DNA of 35,915 nucleotides. Source: Candidatus Eiseniibacteriota bacterium. GTDB taxonomy: Bacteria; Eisenbacteria; RBG-16-71-46; DASYSL01. Numbering within the stretch: position 1 is the first letter of the stretch; each line of letters opens with the position of its first letter. This document shows positions 1 through 10,118 of this stretch, piece by piece. The translations under genes and the position numbers were made by a program. Under the pieces are notes generated by a model. The model was not told the origin of the DNA and made no database searches. It saw only the letters and a list, made by a program, of their open reading frames with translations. The stretch lies in assembly GCA_031431875.1 (NCBI GenBank), contig JANPEF010000111.1, positions 1-35,915 of the forward strand. Reading direction: 5' to 3'.

Positions 1-92
1 AGCTTGTGGCGGGGCAGGGTGAGCGAGACGTTCTTCAGGTTGTGTTCGCGGGCGCCGCGGATGACGATTCCGCCGCCGGGGGCGTGCTCCAA
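1..92 (-). CDS. uvrA: Excinuclease ABC subunit A, N-terminal fragment (runs off the window edge)
   Basis: Manual translation from TTG at 92 gives MEHAPGGGIVIRGAREHNLKNVSLTLPRHK, containing the UvrA N-terminal signature GAREHNLKN. GAGGAG RBS lies 7 nt upstream. Absent from the ORF track. Confidence 0.9.
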   Translation of the reverse strand, partial: MEHAPGGGIVIRGAREHNLKNVSLTLPRHK

Positions 93-140
93 GGGAGGCT
101 CCTCGATCCTGGGTTCCGGCGATCCGTTGGGGTCGGGCGC

Positions 141-146
141 AGTATA
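141..146 (-). promoter_or_regulatory. Candidate -10 element (TATACT) for uvrA
   Basis: AGTATA on + reads TATACT on -, about 50 nt upstream of the uvrA start in a GC-rich divergent spacer; no clear -35. Confidence 0.45.
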
Positions 147-185
147 CCGTGGACCCGGCGGGTCCCGGGTGTTAGAAACGCGGCC

Positions 186-1553
186 ATGCCGCCGACCGCG
201 CCTGCCGCGCCCGCCCCGTCCCCCGCCGAGCGCGATCCCTCCGGGCTGCTGCGTCGCATCGGCCTGGTCGCCGCGTGCGCCATCACCGTCGGCAACATCG
301 TCGGCTCGGGCATCTTCCGCTCCCCGCACTCGGTCGCCCAGCAGCTCGAGGGCCTGCCGCTGGTGCTCGCCGCGTGGGTCCTGGGCGGGCTCCTCTCGCT
401 TGCCGGCTCGTTGGTGCTGGTCGAGCTCGCCGTGCTGCACCCGAAGAGCGGCGGCCTGTACGTCTTCATCCGCGAGGCGTTCGGCGACCTGTGGGCGTTC
501 CTGTTCGGCTGGGCCAGCCTGTGGGTGATCAAGCCGACCGTGATCGCCTCGATCGTCAGCGTCTTCGCGCTCTACTGCTGCGAGGCGCTGCGCCTGCCGT
601 CGGGTCTCGAGCCGGCCGTCGGCGTGGCCGCCATCGTCGTCCTGACCATCGTCAACCTGCTCGGTGTACACCAGGGCGCGCGCACGCAGACGCTGTTCAC
701 CGGGCTCAAGATCGTCGGCATCGTGGGACTGTGCGCCGCCGCATTCCTGCTGCCGCACGCCGGCTCCGCCGCAGGCGAACCGCTGCCGCCGGCGCTCGTT
801 CCGCCGCCGCTGTACGCCGGCTTCGTAGCCGCGATGATCTCCGTGTTGTTCGCCTACGACGGCTGGACCGACGCGACCTATGTCGGCGGCGAGATCAAGA
901 ACCCGCGGAAGAACCTCCCGCTGGCGATCCTCGGCGGCACGGCCGCGGTGGTCGTCCTCTACGTGCTGACCAACGTCGCCTACTACACGGTGCTCACCCC
1001 GGCCGAGGTGGCGACCATTCCGGCCGTCGGCTCGGAGACGGTGCGGCGCCTCCTCGGCGAGGGCGGCGCGACCGCGCTCGCGCTGCTGGTCGCCATCTCG
1101 ACGTTCGGCACCACCAACGGCGCGATCCTCACCGGCCCGCGCATCACCCAGGCGATGGCCGCCGACGGGCTCCTGTGGCGGGCCGCCGCGCACGTCGACG
1201 CGCGCCGCGGCACGCCCGATGTCGCGCTCGTGCTGCAGGCGGTGCTGTCGATCGTGTGGCTCCTGGCTGCGCGCGGGTTCGAGGACGTCTCGGGTTGGTT
1301 CGTCACCACCTCGTGGTTGTTCTACGGACTGACGATGGCCGCGCCGTTCGTGCTGCGCCGGCGCCACGGCGCGCCCCGCGACGGCTACGTCATGCCGTTC
1401 TACCCGGTGCTGCCGGTCCTGTTCATCGTGGTGACCGCGGGGCTCGTGTTCGGCGACCTCTCGGCCAGCGGCTGGCGCGCGTGGGCGGGCGTGGGGATCG
1501 CGGCGCTGGGAGCGCCGGTCTACTTCCTGTGGAAGCGCGGCCGCGTGCGGTAG
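186..1553 (+). CDS. APC-superfamily amino acid permease
   Basis: GNIVGSGIF (TM1), GGLYVFIREAFG, FAYDGW (TM6) and EIKNPRKNLP motifs; about 12 hydrophobic segments. Start moved to ATG 186 because the upstream extension overlaps uvrA. Confidence 0.92.
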   Translation: MPPTAPAAPAPSPAERDPSGLLRRIGLVAACAITVGNIVGSGIFRSPHSVAQQLEGLPLVLAAWVLGGLLSLAGSLVLVELAVLHPKSGGLYVFIREAFGDLWAFLFGWASLWVIKPTVIASIVSVFALYCCEALRLPSGLEPAVGVAAIVVLTIVNLLGVHQGARTQTLFTGLKIVGIVGLCAAAFLLPHAGSAAGEPLPPALVPPPLYAGFVAAMISVLFAYDGWTDATYVGGEIKNPRKNLPLAILGGTAAVVVLYVLTNVAYYTVLTPAEVATIPAVGSETVRRLLGEGGATALALLVAISTFGTTNGAILTGPRITQAMAADGLLWRAAAHVDARRGTPDVALVLQAVLSIVWLLAARGFEDVSGWFVTTSWLFYGLTMAAPFVLRRRHGAPRDGYVMPFYPVLPVLFIVVTAGLVFGDLSASGWRAWAGVGIAALGAPVYFLWKRGRVR

Positions 1554-1576
1554 GGCTCGAGACTACTCATACCGCA
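1546..1576. terminator. Imperfect hairpin spanning the convergent stops of the APC permease and the ABC permease
   Basis: TGCGGTA (1546-1552) and TACCGCA (1570-1576) form an inverted repeat around the two stop codons; no U-tract. Confidence 0.3.
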
Positions 1577-2846
1577 GCGCCTCGACCGGATCGAGGCGGC
1601 TGGCCCGCACCGCCGGGTAGATCCCGAAGAACAGCCCGACGCCGCACGAGAATCCGAGCCCGAGAACGACCGACCACAGCGGCACGGTCGACGGCAGCGG
1701 CGTGAGCGCGTCGACGATCTTCGCGATGCCCACCCCGAGCAGGATGCCGAGCGCCCCCCCCGCCCCGGTGAGCACACAGGCCTCGATCAGGAACTGCCAC
1801 AGGATGCTCGAGCGCCTGGCGCCCAACGCCATGCGGATCCCGATCTCGCGCGTCCGTTCGGTGACCGACACCAGCATGATGTTCATCACGCCGATACCGC
1901 CGACCAGCAGCGACAGGAACGCGACTGCGATCATCACCACGTAGAAGCCGCCGGTGATCTGGTTGTAGAGGTTGAGCAGGGCCTCGTCGGTCATCGCGGC
2001 GAAGTCGTTGTCCTGGTGGGCGCGCAGGCCGCGGCGCAGGCGCAGGACGGCGCCGATTTCCTCGATCGCCTGGCCCATCTGTTCGGGCGAGCGGGCGACC
2101 GCGTTCAGGAGGACCTCGTTGCCCTTGAGGAACGACGAGCGGTCGCTGGGGAAGTACTTGCGCAGGCTGGTGTGAGGGATGAGGACGATCTCGTCCATGT
2201 TGAAGCCGAGGAACTTGCCGCGTCCCTCGAGCTCGCCGACGACCTCGAATGCCTGGTTGCCGATGTGGATCGTCTGCCCCACCGCCCCCTGGTTGGGGAA
2301 CAGAGTCTGCAGGGTCTCCTTCCCGAGCAGCGCGACGTTTGCCTTGTGATCGACCTCGATCTGGGTGAAGAAGCGTCCCTCCGAGACGTCGTAGCCATTC
2401 GTCTCCTGGTACGCCTGGTCGGTACCCAGCACGAACGTGGGCTTGGTCGCCAGTTTGCGATAGCGGATGACCGGCTGTTCCTCGATGAAGTTCAGTGGGG
2501 AGACGGCACGCACGGCCGGGCAGCGGGCGAGGATCGCGTCGCGGTCGTCGAGCGTGAAGGCGCGCCGGCTGCGGAGCGAATCGGGCAGCTGCCCGATGAT
2601 CACCTGCGGGCGCCACTTGCGGATGTAGATCGTGTTCGAGCCGAACGACTGGATCTGGTTCGCCATCGACTTGTTGAGGCCCTGGATCAGGGACACCATG
2701 GCGATGACGGTCGAGACGCCGATGATGACGCCGAGCACGGTCAGCAGCGAGCGCAGCTTGTTCGCTTTGAGCGCCTGCCAGGACATGAGCAGGATCTCGC
2801 CCAGCAGTCCCGACTGCGCCGCCTTCACCCCGGGAATGCGCGCCAC
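1563..2846 (-). CDS. MacB/FtsX-family ABC transporter permease (copy 2)
   Basis: ANKLRSLLTVLGVIIGV, a large periplasmic domain, GGIGVMNIMLVSVTERTREIGIRMALGA and the LDPVEALRYE end. Start taken as GTG 2846 (alternative 2828). Confidence 0.93.
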   Translation of the reverse strand: MARIPGVKAAQSGLLGEILLMSWQALKANKLRSLLTVLGVIIGVSTVIAMVSLIQGLNKSMANQIQSFGSNTIYIRKWRPQVIIGQLPDSLRSRRAFTLDDRDAILARCPAVRAVSPLNFIEEQPVIRYRKLATKPTFVLGTDQAYQETNGYDVSEGRFFTQIEVDHKANVALLGKETLQTLFPNQGAVGQTIHIGNQAFEVVGELEGRGKFLGFNMDEIVLIPHTSLRKYFPSDRSSFLKGNEVLLNAVARSPEQMGQAIEEIGAVLRLRRGLRAHQDNDFAAMTDEALLNLYNQITGGFYVVMIAVAFLSLLVGGIGVMNIMLVSVTERTREIGIRMALGARRSSILWQFLIEACVLTGAGGALGILLGVGIAKIVDALTPLPSTVPLWSVVLGLGFSCGVGLFFGIYPAVRASRLDPVEALRYE

Positions 2847-2854
2847 GGGGCCGC

Positions 2855-4072
2855 CTACTCGAAGCGCAGCGCCACGATCGGATCGAGGCGCGCGGCACGG
2901 GCCGCAGGGTAGATGCCGAACAGCAGGCCGATGCCCGTGGACATGCCCAGGCCAAGCACGATCGCGATCCAGCTGACCGCGGCGGGCAGCGGCGAGACCG
3001 CCGCGACGAGCAGCGCCAGGGCGATGCCCAGGAGCACGCCGATCGCACCGCCGGTGAGCGACAGCGTGGCGGCCTCGACCAGGAATTGCATCAGCACGTC
3101 GCGGCGCTTGGCCCCCAGCGCCTTGCGGATGCCGATCTCCCGGGTGCGCTCGGTGACCGAGACCATCATGATGTTCATGATCACGATGCCGCCGACGACC
3201 AGCGAGATGCCAGCGACGCCGACCAGCACGACGAATGCGGCCGACGTGAAGTTGCGGTAGAGGTCCATGAACATCTCGGCGGTGACGATGCCGAAGTCGT
3301 CGGGCTTGCCGGGAGCGACACCGCGGCGGGCACGCAGGATCGCGCGCGCCTCCTCCTGCGCGGACTCGAACGAGGCCTGGTCGATCGAGGTGACGCTGAT
3401 CGAGATCGAGTTGCGCGTTCCGTACGCCTTCTGCCAGGCGGCCAGCGGCACGATCACGAAGTTGTCCTGGCTCTGGCCGAACGCGCTGCCCTTCTTCTCG
3501 GCCACGCCGACGACCAGGTACTTCACGTCGCCGATGCGGATCTCGTGGCCGTTCGCGGTGCGGCCGTCGAACAGGTTTTCCCACACCTCGTAGCCGATCA
3601 CGGCGACGGCGCGGCGGCGCGCCATGTCGTTGGCCGTCAGGTGGCGGCCCTCGGCCAGCTCGGTGCGGTCGACCTCGGCGTAGTCGCCCTGCACGCCCTT
3701 GATCGGGATGCGCCGCAGGCGGGTCGAGCCGAAGCGAACGTCGTCCCCGCGCTCGACCTCGGCCTTGACGGCGCCTGCCGAGCGCGACAGGCCGGCGATC
3801 GCCTCGGCGTCGCCGAGGGTGATGTCCTTGCGCTTGAGGGCGTCGCGGAAATCATCGTCCGACAGGATGAAGCCGAACTTGTCGACGGTGAACACGTTGG
3901 CGCCCTGCGCCAGGAGCTTGTCCGACACGTAGGCGTTCATGCCCTGGATCAGGGAGATGATGGCGATCACGGCGGTGACGCCGACGATCGTCCCGAGAAG
4001 GGTCAGGAACGAGCGCAGCTTGTTGGCGCGCAGCGCCCCCAGGGCCATGCGCACGCTCTCGCTGAACTCCAC
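2855..4072 (-). CDS. MacB/FtsX-family ABC transporter permease (copy 1)
   Basis: ANKLRSFLTLLGTIVGV, MNIMMVSVTERTREIGIRKALGA and the LDPIVALRFE end; GTG start at 4072, 1 nt after the ATPase stop. Confidence 0.93.
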   Translation of the reverse strand: MEFSESVRMALGALRANKLRSFLTLLGTIVGVTAVIAIISLIQGMNAYVSDKLLAQGANVFTVDKFGFILSDDDFRDALKRKDITLGDAEAIAGLSRSAGAVKAEVERGDDVRFGSTRLRRIPIKGVQGDYAEVDRTELAEGRHLTANDMARRRAVAVIGYEVWENLFDGRTANGHEIRIGDVKYLVVGVAEKKGSAFGQSQDNFVIVPLAAWQKAYGTRNSISISVTSIDQASFESAQEEARAILRARRGVAPGKPDDFGIVTAEMFMDLYRNFTSAAFVVLVGVAGISLVVGGIVIMNIMMVSVTERTREIGIRKALGAKRRDVLMQFLVEAATLSLTGGAIGVLLGIALALLVAAVSPLPAAVSWIAIVLGLGMSTGIGLLFGIYPAARAARLDPIVALRFE

Positions 4073-4073
4073 G

Positions 4074-4832
<759 letters not shown>

Positions 4833-4833
4833 G

Positions 4834-6162
4834 TCAGCTCGGGCCGCCCGGCTTGCCGCCCTTCCCCTTCTTCTGTAACTCGATCCCGTCGCCGGGGCGC
4901 AGGTCGCGGAGCACCTTGTACGGCCCGGTGACGACGCGCTCGCCGGCCTTGAGCTCGCCGCCGGTGATCGCGATGTCAGTCTCGGACGAGATGCCCGTGA
5001 CGACACGGCGGAACGCGGCCTTCGTGCCGTCGATGACGAACACGCCGGTGATCTCGCGCTTCTTGCGCTCCTTGGGGTCGAGCTCCTCGTCCGACGTCTG
5101 CGCCGCGGCGTTGGCGGCGCTGCCCTCCTTCGGGGCCTTGGGCGCTTTCGCCTTCTTCTTGCCGCGCTCCTCGAGATCCTCGGGCTGGCGCACGACGACG
5201 CACTGGATGGGCACGGCCAGCGCATGCTCCATGCGCTTGACGTCGATCTCGACGTCGGCGGTCATGCCGGGGCGCACGGCGGGTACGGTGTGCGAGAAGA
5301 GCACCTCGACCTCGAAGTTCGTCTCGCCGGTTGCGCCGCCGGCACTGGTCTGCGACGCGCTGTTGCCGACCGTCGTGACGATGCCTTCGAACGTGGTGTC
5401 GGGCAGCGCGTCGACCGTGATCGTCGCCGTCTGGCCGACTTGGACGTCGATGACGTCGGTCTCGTCGACGTCGGCAACGACCTGCATGCGCGACAAGTCC
5501 GAGACCGAGAGGATCTGCGTGCCGGGATTGTTCATCGTGCCGACGACGACGATCTCGCCCGCCTCGATGTTCAGGCCGACGATGCGGCCGTCGATCGGGG
5601 CGCGGTACGTGGTCTTCGACAGCAAGTCGCGCTCGCCGGTCAGGGCGGCCTCGAGACGGCTCGTCTCCTCGCGCGCGTTGGCCTGCTCGGTGCGGGCATT
5701 CATGTACGAATTCTCGGCCTGGTCCATCTCCTGGGTGGAGAGGAGCTTCTGCGCGAACAGCGCCTTGCGCCGCTCGTAGGCCTGGGTCTCGATGCGCAGG
5801 GCATCGGTGGACCGCTCAAGGCGCGCCCGCGAAGCGGTCAGTTGCGCCTGCGTCTGGCGCACCGAGGAAACGAAGCGCGTGTTGTCGATCTCGAGCAGCA
5901 GGTCGCCGCGCCTGACCACGTCCCCTTCCTCGACCGCGAGGCGGGTCACGCGTCCGGACACGTCGGCGCTGATCTTGACGGTCGTGCGCGGCTCGATCGC
6001 GCCGGGTGCCTTCACCTTCTGCGTGATCTCCTTGACCTTCGCAGGGGACAGCGTCACCGCCTGAACCTTCCCCTTCTTCCCCGCCAGGGTCGCTGCCGTT
6101 GCGCCAGCGAGCACGAGGACACCGAGGGCGATCCACAGCCACTTGCTCTTGAAGAACTTCAT
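4834..6162 (-). CDS. Efflux periplasmic adaptor subunit (MacA/HlyD-family membrane fusion protein)
   Basis: N-terminal TM, lipoyl half-motifs ([21 protein letters not shown] and APIDGRI), alpha-hairpin, VDETDV, RPGMTA, GLKAGE-like C-terminus. Confidence 0.93.
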   Translation of the reverse strand: MKFFKSKWLWIALGVLVLAGATAATLAGKKGKVQAVTLSPAKVKEITQKVKAPGAIEPRTTVKISADVSGRVTRLAVEEGDVVRRGDLLLEIDNTRFVSSVRQTQAQLTASRARLERSTDALRIETQAYERRKALFAQKLLSTQEMDQAENSYMNARTEQANAREETSRLEAALTGERDLLSKTTYRAPIDGRIVGLNIEAGEIVVVGTMNNPGTQILSVSDLSRMQVVADVDETDVIDVQVGQTATITVDALPDTTFEGIVTTVGNSASQTSAGGATGETNFEVEVLFSHTVPAVRPGMTADVEIDVKRMEHALAVPIQCVVVRQPEDLEERGKKKAKAPKAPKEGSAANAAAQTSDEELDPKERKKREITGVFVIDGTKAAFRRVVTGISSETDIAITGGELKAGERVVTGPYKVLRDLRPGDGIELQKKGKGGKPGGPS

Positions 6163-6196
6163 TCCAGGTCGTCTCCGGGGGCGGGGAAGGACGCGC

Positions 6197-7522
6197 TCAG
6201 TACGTGCGACCGCGGACCCGCTCGAGGCTGGCCTCGGCGATCCGGACCTGCGTCAGTGCCTGCACGTAGTTGCTGCGAGCGCGCTGCAGGGCCACCTGGG
6301 CGTCGAGAAGCTCGAGGATGGTGCCCGAGCCGACGTTGTACTTCTCCTGCGACAGCTTGAGATCCTCGCGCGCGGACTCGACCTGGTCGATCGCCACGGT
6401 CAATCCTTCGTTCGCCTGCTGCGCGGTCGAGACCGACTCGCGGACCTCGACCTCGACGTCGAGCTTCTTCTTCTCGAACGCGTAGCGCTGCTGGTTTGCC
6501 GCCGCCTGGTTCTGCTGGATCGAGCCCTTGGTGCCGTAGAACGAGCTGAAGATCGGCACGTTAAGCGACAGCTGTCCGGTGCGCGAACGCGCGCCGGCGA
6601 GCGTCGGGTCCTCGTCGCTGTGCGAGTAGTTGAGCCCGCCGTTGAGCGTCGGGTAGTAGCCGGCCTTCGCCGCACCCACGCTCTGGTTCGCCGATGCCAG
6701 CGCCGCCTCGGCAGCCTTGAGGTCGGAGCGGTTGGCGAGGGCCTCGTTGAACACGGCTGCGGAGTCGACGATGGCCGGCGTCGGCGTGATGTCGCGCGCG
6801 GCGGCCAGATCGTCGTGCGGATCCTGGCCGATCAGGCGAGCCAGGCGGGAGCGCTCGAGAACGACCGAGTTGCGGTTCGTGATCAAGTCGAGCTTGGTCT
6901 GCGACACGCGGACCTGGGCCTTGAGCACGTCGCCGCGGGCGACCATCCCGAGCTCGAAGAGGCTGTTGACCCGGCGCAACTCCTGCTGCGAAACGACGAG
7001 CGCGGAGTCGGCCACCTCGGTCAGGAGCTGGGCGCGCAACAGTGCGTAGTACTGCTGTTTGGCCGCCAGCACCAGGTCGGCGCGGGCCTGGGCGTAGTCG
7101 TGCTTGTTCGCTGCGACATTGCTCCCCGCTGCCTGGATCGACTTGTACGCGCCCCAGTCGACGATCGTCTGGCCGAGCGAATAGTTGGTCGAGTAGTTGT
7201 CGGGGTTGGTCGGGATCGGGGTGTCGCCCTGGAGGAAGAAGTTGTTGTCGAAGCTCCGCCGGTAGCTGAACGACGCATCCACCCCGGGCAGGTAGCGCTG
7301 CACCGCCTGCTTCTGGCGTCCCTCGGCAGAGCTGATGTTCTCACGCGCCGTCAGAAGGTCGTGGTTGCGATCGAGGGCGCGCTTGACCGCCTCCTCCACC
7401 GTGATCGTGCCCCGCAGGGGCACCGTGTCCTGGGCGAATGCCGGAACGGCGCCGGCGAGCGCAAGGAACGCGACCAGGGCGCCCGCGCGTGCAACCCGGG
7501 CCGTCGAACCAATCATCGTCAT
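6197..7522 (-). CDS. TolC-family outer membrane efflux protein
   Basis: Signal peptide ending AFA-Q; two OEP repeats (YYALLRA, ELGMVARGDVLKA, YNVGSGTILELLDAQ). ATG 7522 has a GAGGAG RBS; alternative start 7540. Confidence 0.92.
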   Translation of the reverse strand: MTMIGSTARVARAGALVAFLALAGAVPAFAQDTVPLRGTITVEEAVKRALDRNHDLLTARENISSAEGRQKQAVQRYLPGVDASFSYRRSFDNNFFLQGDTPIPTNPDNYSTNYSLGQTIVDWGAYKSIQAAGSNVAANKHDYAQARADLVLAAKQQYYALLRAQLLTEVADSALVVSQQELRRVNSLFELGMVARGDVLKAQVRVSQTKLDLITNRNSVVLERSRLARLIGQDPHDDLAAARDITPTPAIVDSAAVFNEALANRSDLKAAEAALASANQSVGAAKAGYYPTLNGGLNYSHSDEDPTLAGARSRTGQLSLNVPIFSSFYGTKGSIQQNQAAANQQRYAFEKKKLDVEVEVRESVSTAQQANEGLTVAIDQVESAREDLKLSQEKYNVGSGTILELLDAQVALQRARSNYVQALTQVRIAEASLERVRGRTY

Positions 7523-7610
7523 GCTCGATCTCCTCTCCATGCCGCGGCGCCGTGCCGGGCGACCCGTGCTCTACGCACGTGCCCCGCTTTCGGTTGCGCC
7601 TTCGGTGGCC

Positions 7611-8333
7611 TCAGCCGCCGAAGGTCGAGCCGAGGGCGCCGATCAACGAGAACACCACGAACAACCCGAACATCGCGATCAGCGATGCCTTGAGCCCGAC
7701 GCGGGCGATCACCGAGACGCCGATCGCGACGAGCACGGTCTGCCAGAGGGTGAAGACATCGAAGGACTGGAGGAATCCGGCAAGGAACTTCGTGGCGAAG
7801 CCCTCCTGGTCCGCGAGGGGGAAGAGCGCGCCGGGTCCCAGGGTGACCTGCGCGTTCTGCGCCATGTTGGCGAGCAGGATGCGGATGGGCAGCGCGACGA
7901 GGCCGACCAGGCCGGCATGGCACACGACCGACAGGGTCTGCTTGAAGCTCATCTTGCCACCGAGCACGAAGTTCGCCGCTCCCATCACGATCGCCGCGTA
8001 GACCACCGTGAACACGCCGCCAAAGATCGGAATGATGCACGAGTACATGATCTTCCCGGTCGCGCCGACCATCTGGTACGCGGCCTCCTCGGCGCCGGCC
8101 TCGTCGAGCTTCTCGGTCATCATGGGCACCCAGGCGGCGTCCCACGTGGTGAGCACGTAGACCACGGCGGAGGCGAGCATGAGAAGAAACGGCACGAGCC
8201 AGGTCGGCCGGTGTTCCAGGTGCTCGAACAGGGTGCGGGGCGACGTGAAGACGGCGGCGAGGCGGCGCGGAAACGGCCAGGCGGCACGGGCGACTGCGTC
8301 GTCAGCGGCGACGACAGGACTGGGCTCAGTCAT
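7611..8333 (-). CDS. Yip1-domain membrane protein (YknW-like accessory of the exporter)
   Basis: VFTSPRTLFEHL..PTWLVP start, about 5 TM segments, FDVFTLW motif; first gene of the TolC/MFP/ABC operon. Confidence 0.8.
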   Translation of the reverse strand: MTEPSPVVAADDAVARAAWPFPRRLAAVFTSPRTLFEHLEHRPTWLVPFLLMLASAVVYVLTTWDAAWVPMMTEKLDEAGAEEAAYQMVGATGKIMYSCIIPIFGGVFTVVYAAIVMGAANFVLGGKMSFKQTLSVVCHAGLVGLVALPIRILLANMAQNAQVTLGPGALFPLADQEGFATKFLAGFLQSFDVFTLWQTVLVAIGVSVIARVGLKASLIAMFGLFVVFSLIGALGSTFGG

Positions 8334-8429
8334 GGGGGCTCCCGGGAGGCCGGGGCAGGTCCCGGCCGGACCTTCGTGGGATGCGCCGCTGACACCGGGC
8401 CATGCGGTCGCATTCGCGCGAACCGCCGG

Positions 8430-8459
8430 AGGTTACGGTCGGCGAGGGACGACCGTCAA
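8430..8459 (-). promoter_or_regulatory. sigma70-type promoter TTGACG-N18-TAACCT for the exporter operon, overlapped by an inverted repeat
   Basis: -35 at 8459-8454 and -10 at 8435-8430; ACGGTCG-N8-CGACCGT at 8435-8456. Confidence 0.65.
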
Positions 8460-8515
8460 GCGGTCGCCCCCGCCAAGCTGAGGAAATACAAAGAGTTCAC
8501 GGGTCGGGCCGCCAG

Positions 8516-8538
8516 ACTTCTTCAACCCGCGAAGAAGT
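8516..8538. repeat. Perfect 8-bp inverted repeat ACTTCTTC-N7-GAAGAAGT (terminator stem or operator)
   Basis: Read directly; 27 nt downstream of the tonB2 stop, with a T-rich stretch further downstream on the - strand. Confidence 0.6.
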
Positions 8539-8565
8539 TGGTTCGCGGCGGGTCCGGCAATCCCT

Positions 8566-9273
8566 TCAATCCAGCCGGAAGAGCACCGGCACGCGGACCC
8601 AGACCCCCACCGGGTGCCCGTTCGCCAGTGCGGGCGTGAACACCCAGCGCGCGACGGCCGCAGTCGCCGCGTCGGCGAAGAGCGCCGGGCCGCTCTCGAC
8701 CTCCGCGCGCTGCACCCGGCCATCGGGACCGACGAAGGCGCGGACGACGAGGCGGCCTTCGAGCCGCGCCAGGCGAGCCAGCTCGGGATAGAGCGGGGTC
8801 ACCCGGGTGACCGCTTCGGGATCCACATCCCGGTAGATCCACGTTCCCGCGTCGGGGATGACCTCCGGCGTCGGTCCGCTGGCTCCCTCGAGCGGGCCCG
8901 TTCCGGCGGAGCCCGGGTGGCCCTTTCCCGCGTCGAGCGGGCCGGTCGCAGGCTCGGCGATCTCGATCGAGGAAGGAACCTGCGTTTCGCGCAGCAGCGC
9001 ATCGTCCACGGGAACCAGCCGTCCGTCCACCTGCGTGGGGGGGACGATTGTCGGCATTGGCGCCGCGCCGTCGGCGATCGGGACGAACTTCTCGATCAGG
9101 CGTTCGTCGAACTCGTAGAGGAACCCGGGCGCCTCGTCGATCACCGGCGCGGAGCGCAGGCTCGCCGCCAATAGCACGCCGACGACGATGGTCAGCCAGG
9201 AGAACGACGAGCCCAGCAGGCTGTCGCGCAGGACGAGGGATTGGTCGCGGCGGATCTGGTCGTGAAGTGTCAT
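8566..9273 (-). CDS. tonB: TonB-family energy transducer (copy 2)
   Basis: Single N-terminal TM, Pro/Gly linker, TonB_C domain (TPLYPELAR..EGRLVVRAFVGPDGRV..WVFTPA..VPVLFRL). ATG 9273 with GAGGAGG RBS. Confidence 0.85.
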   Translation of the reverse strand: MTLHDQIRRDQSLVLRDSLLGSSFSWLTIVVGVLLAASLRSAPVIDEAPGFLYEFDERLIEKFVPIADGAAPMPTIVPPTQVDGRLVPVDDALLRETQVPSSIEIAEPATGPLDAGKGHPGSAGTGPLEGASGPTPEVIPDAGTWIYRDVDPEAVTRVTPLYPELARLARLEGRLVVRAFVGPDGRVQRAEVESGPALFADAATAAVARWVFTPALANGHPVGVWVRVPVLFRLD

Positions 9274-9291
9274 GGTCCATCCTCCTCGGTC

Positions 9292-9364
9292 CCGGTCGAG
9301 GTGCGGGAACGTCCGCCCGGCCAGGCGGTCGAAGGATGGTGCGGAGCGGACGCCGCGGTCGAAG
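9292..9364. repeat. Three short direct repeats between the tonB paralogues
   Basis: CCGGTCGAGG (9292-9301), GCGGTCGAAG (9325-9334) and GCGGTCGAAG (9355-9364); spacing 33 and 30 nt. Confidence 0.5.
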
Positions 9365-9389
9365 ACGCAGGCGCCCGCTCCCGACGATT

Positions 9390-10118
9390 CTAGTTCAGCG
9401 TGAAGCGGATGGGAACCGCGACCCACACCGCAACAGGCTTGTTGTTCGACAGCGCGGGCTTGAAGACGTACTGCTTGACCGCCTTCTCGGCCGCCTGGTC
9501 GAACACGGGATTCGACTTGGCGATGCGCGTGTCCTTGACGCGGCCGTCCTTGCCCACCAGGGCCTGGATGACGACGCTGCCCTCCATGTTCGACTGGCGG
9601 GCCAGGTCCGGGTATTCCGGCGTGACCCGGGTGATCGCCTCGGGCAGTTCCTCGACGTAGACGTACTCGCCGTAGCCGGGCATGTTGTCCGACGGCGGCG
9701 CAATCACGAGCGAGTCGCCCGTGCCGCCGGTCTCGCCCGCGCCGATCGACTGCGACAGTTCGTCCTGCGTCGCGATGGTCTGCTCTTCCTCGATCTGCTC
9801 CTCATCCGTCGGCAGCGGGATGCCGGCCGACGGGGCCGCCGTGGGGGCGGCCACCGACACGGACGGCGGCGTCTGCTGCAGCGACGGCGGAGCCTGCAGT
9901 TCGCGGTAGGGCACGACGATCTGTCGGTCCTCCCTCGGCGCGTTCCTCTGCGCGAGGAGGGCGAGCATGATGAGGACCATCGCCGTGAGGTACGCCATCG
10001 AGGAATAGGTCAGCGAGCGTTGCAGGCTCTTCGTCTGCGCCGCCCGGACTTTTCTCAGGTGGTCGATCTGGCCCGACTCGAGCTGCCAGTCGGCCGGGGT
10101 GAGAGTCGCGCTGCTCAC
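9390..10118 (-). CDS. tonB: TonB-family energy transducer (copy 1)
   Basis: N-terminal TM, Pro/Glu linker, TonB_C (TPEYPDLAR..EGSVVIQALVGKDGRV..FKPA..VPIRFTL); GTG start overlaps the exbD stop (GTGA). Confidence 0.9.
   Translation of the reverse strand: MSSATLTPADWQLESGQIDHLRKVRAAQTKSLQRSLTYSSMAYLTAMVLIMLALLAQRNAPREDRQIVVPYRELQAPPSLQQTPPSVSVAAPTAAPSAGIPLPTDEEQIEEEQTIATQDELSQSIGAGETGGTGDSLVIAPPSDNMPGYGEYVYVEELPEAITRVTPEYPDLARQSNMEGSVVIQALVGKDGRVKDTRIAKSNPVFDQAAEKAVKQYVFKPALSNNKPVAVWVAVPIRFTLN

Noticed and set aside
6..185. N-terminal extension of the permease ORF from position 6
   Set aside because: It overlaps uvrA on the opposite strand and the promoter region; permease-like sequence starts after ATG 186.
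9292..9364. Mini-CRISPR interpretation of the three repeats
   Set aside because: Repeats are only 10 nt, spacers 20-23 nt, and there are no cas genes.
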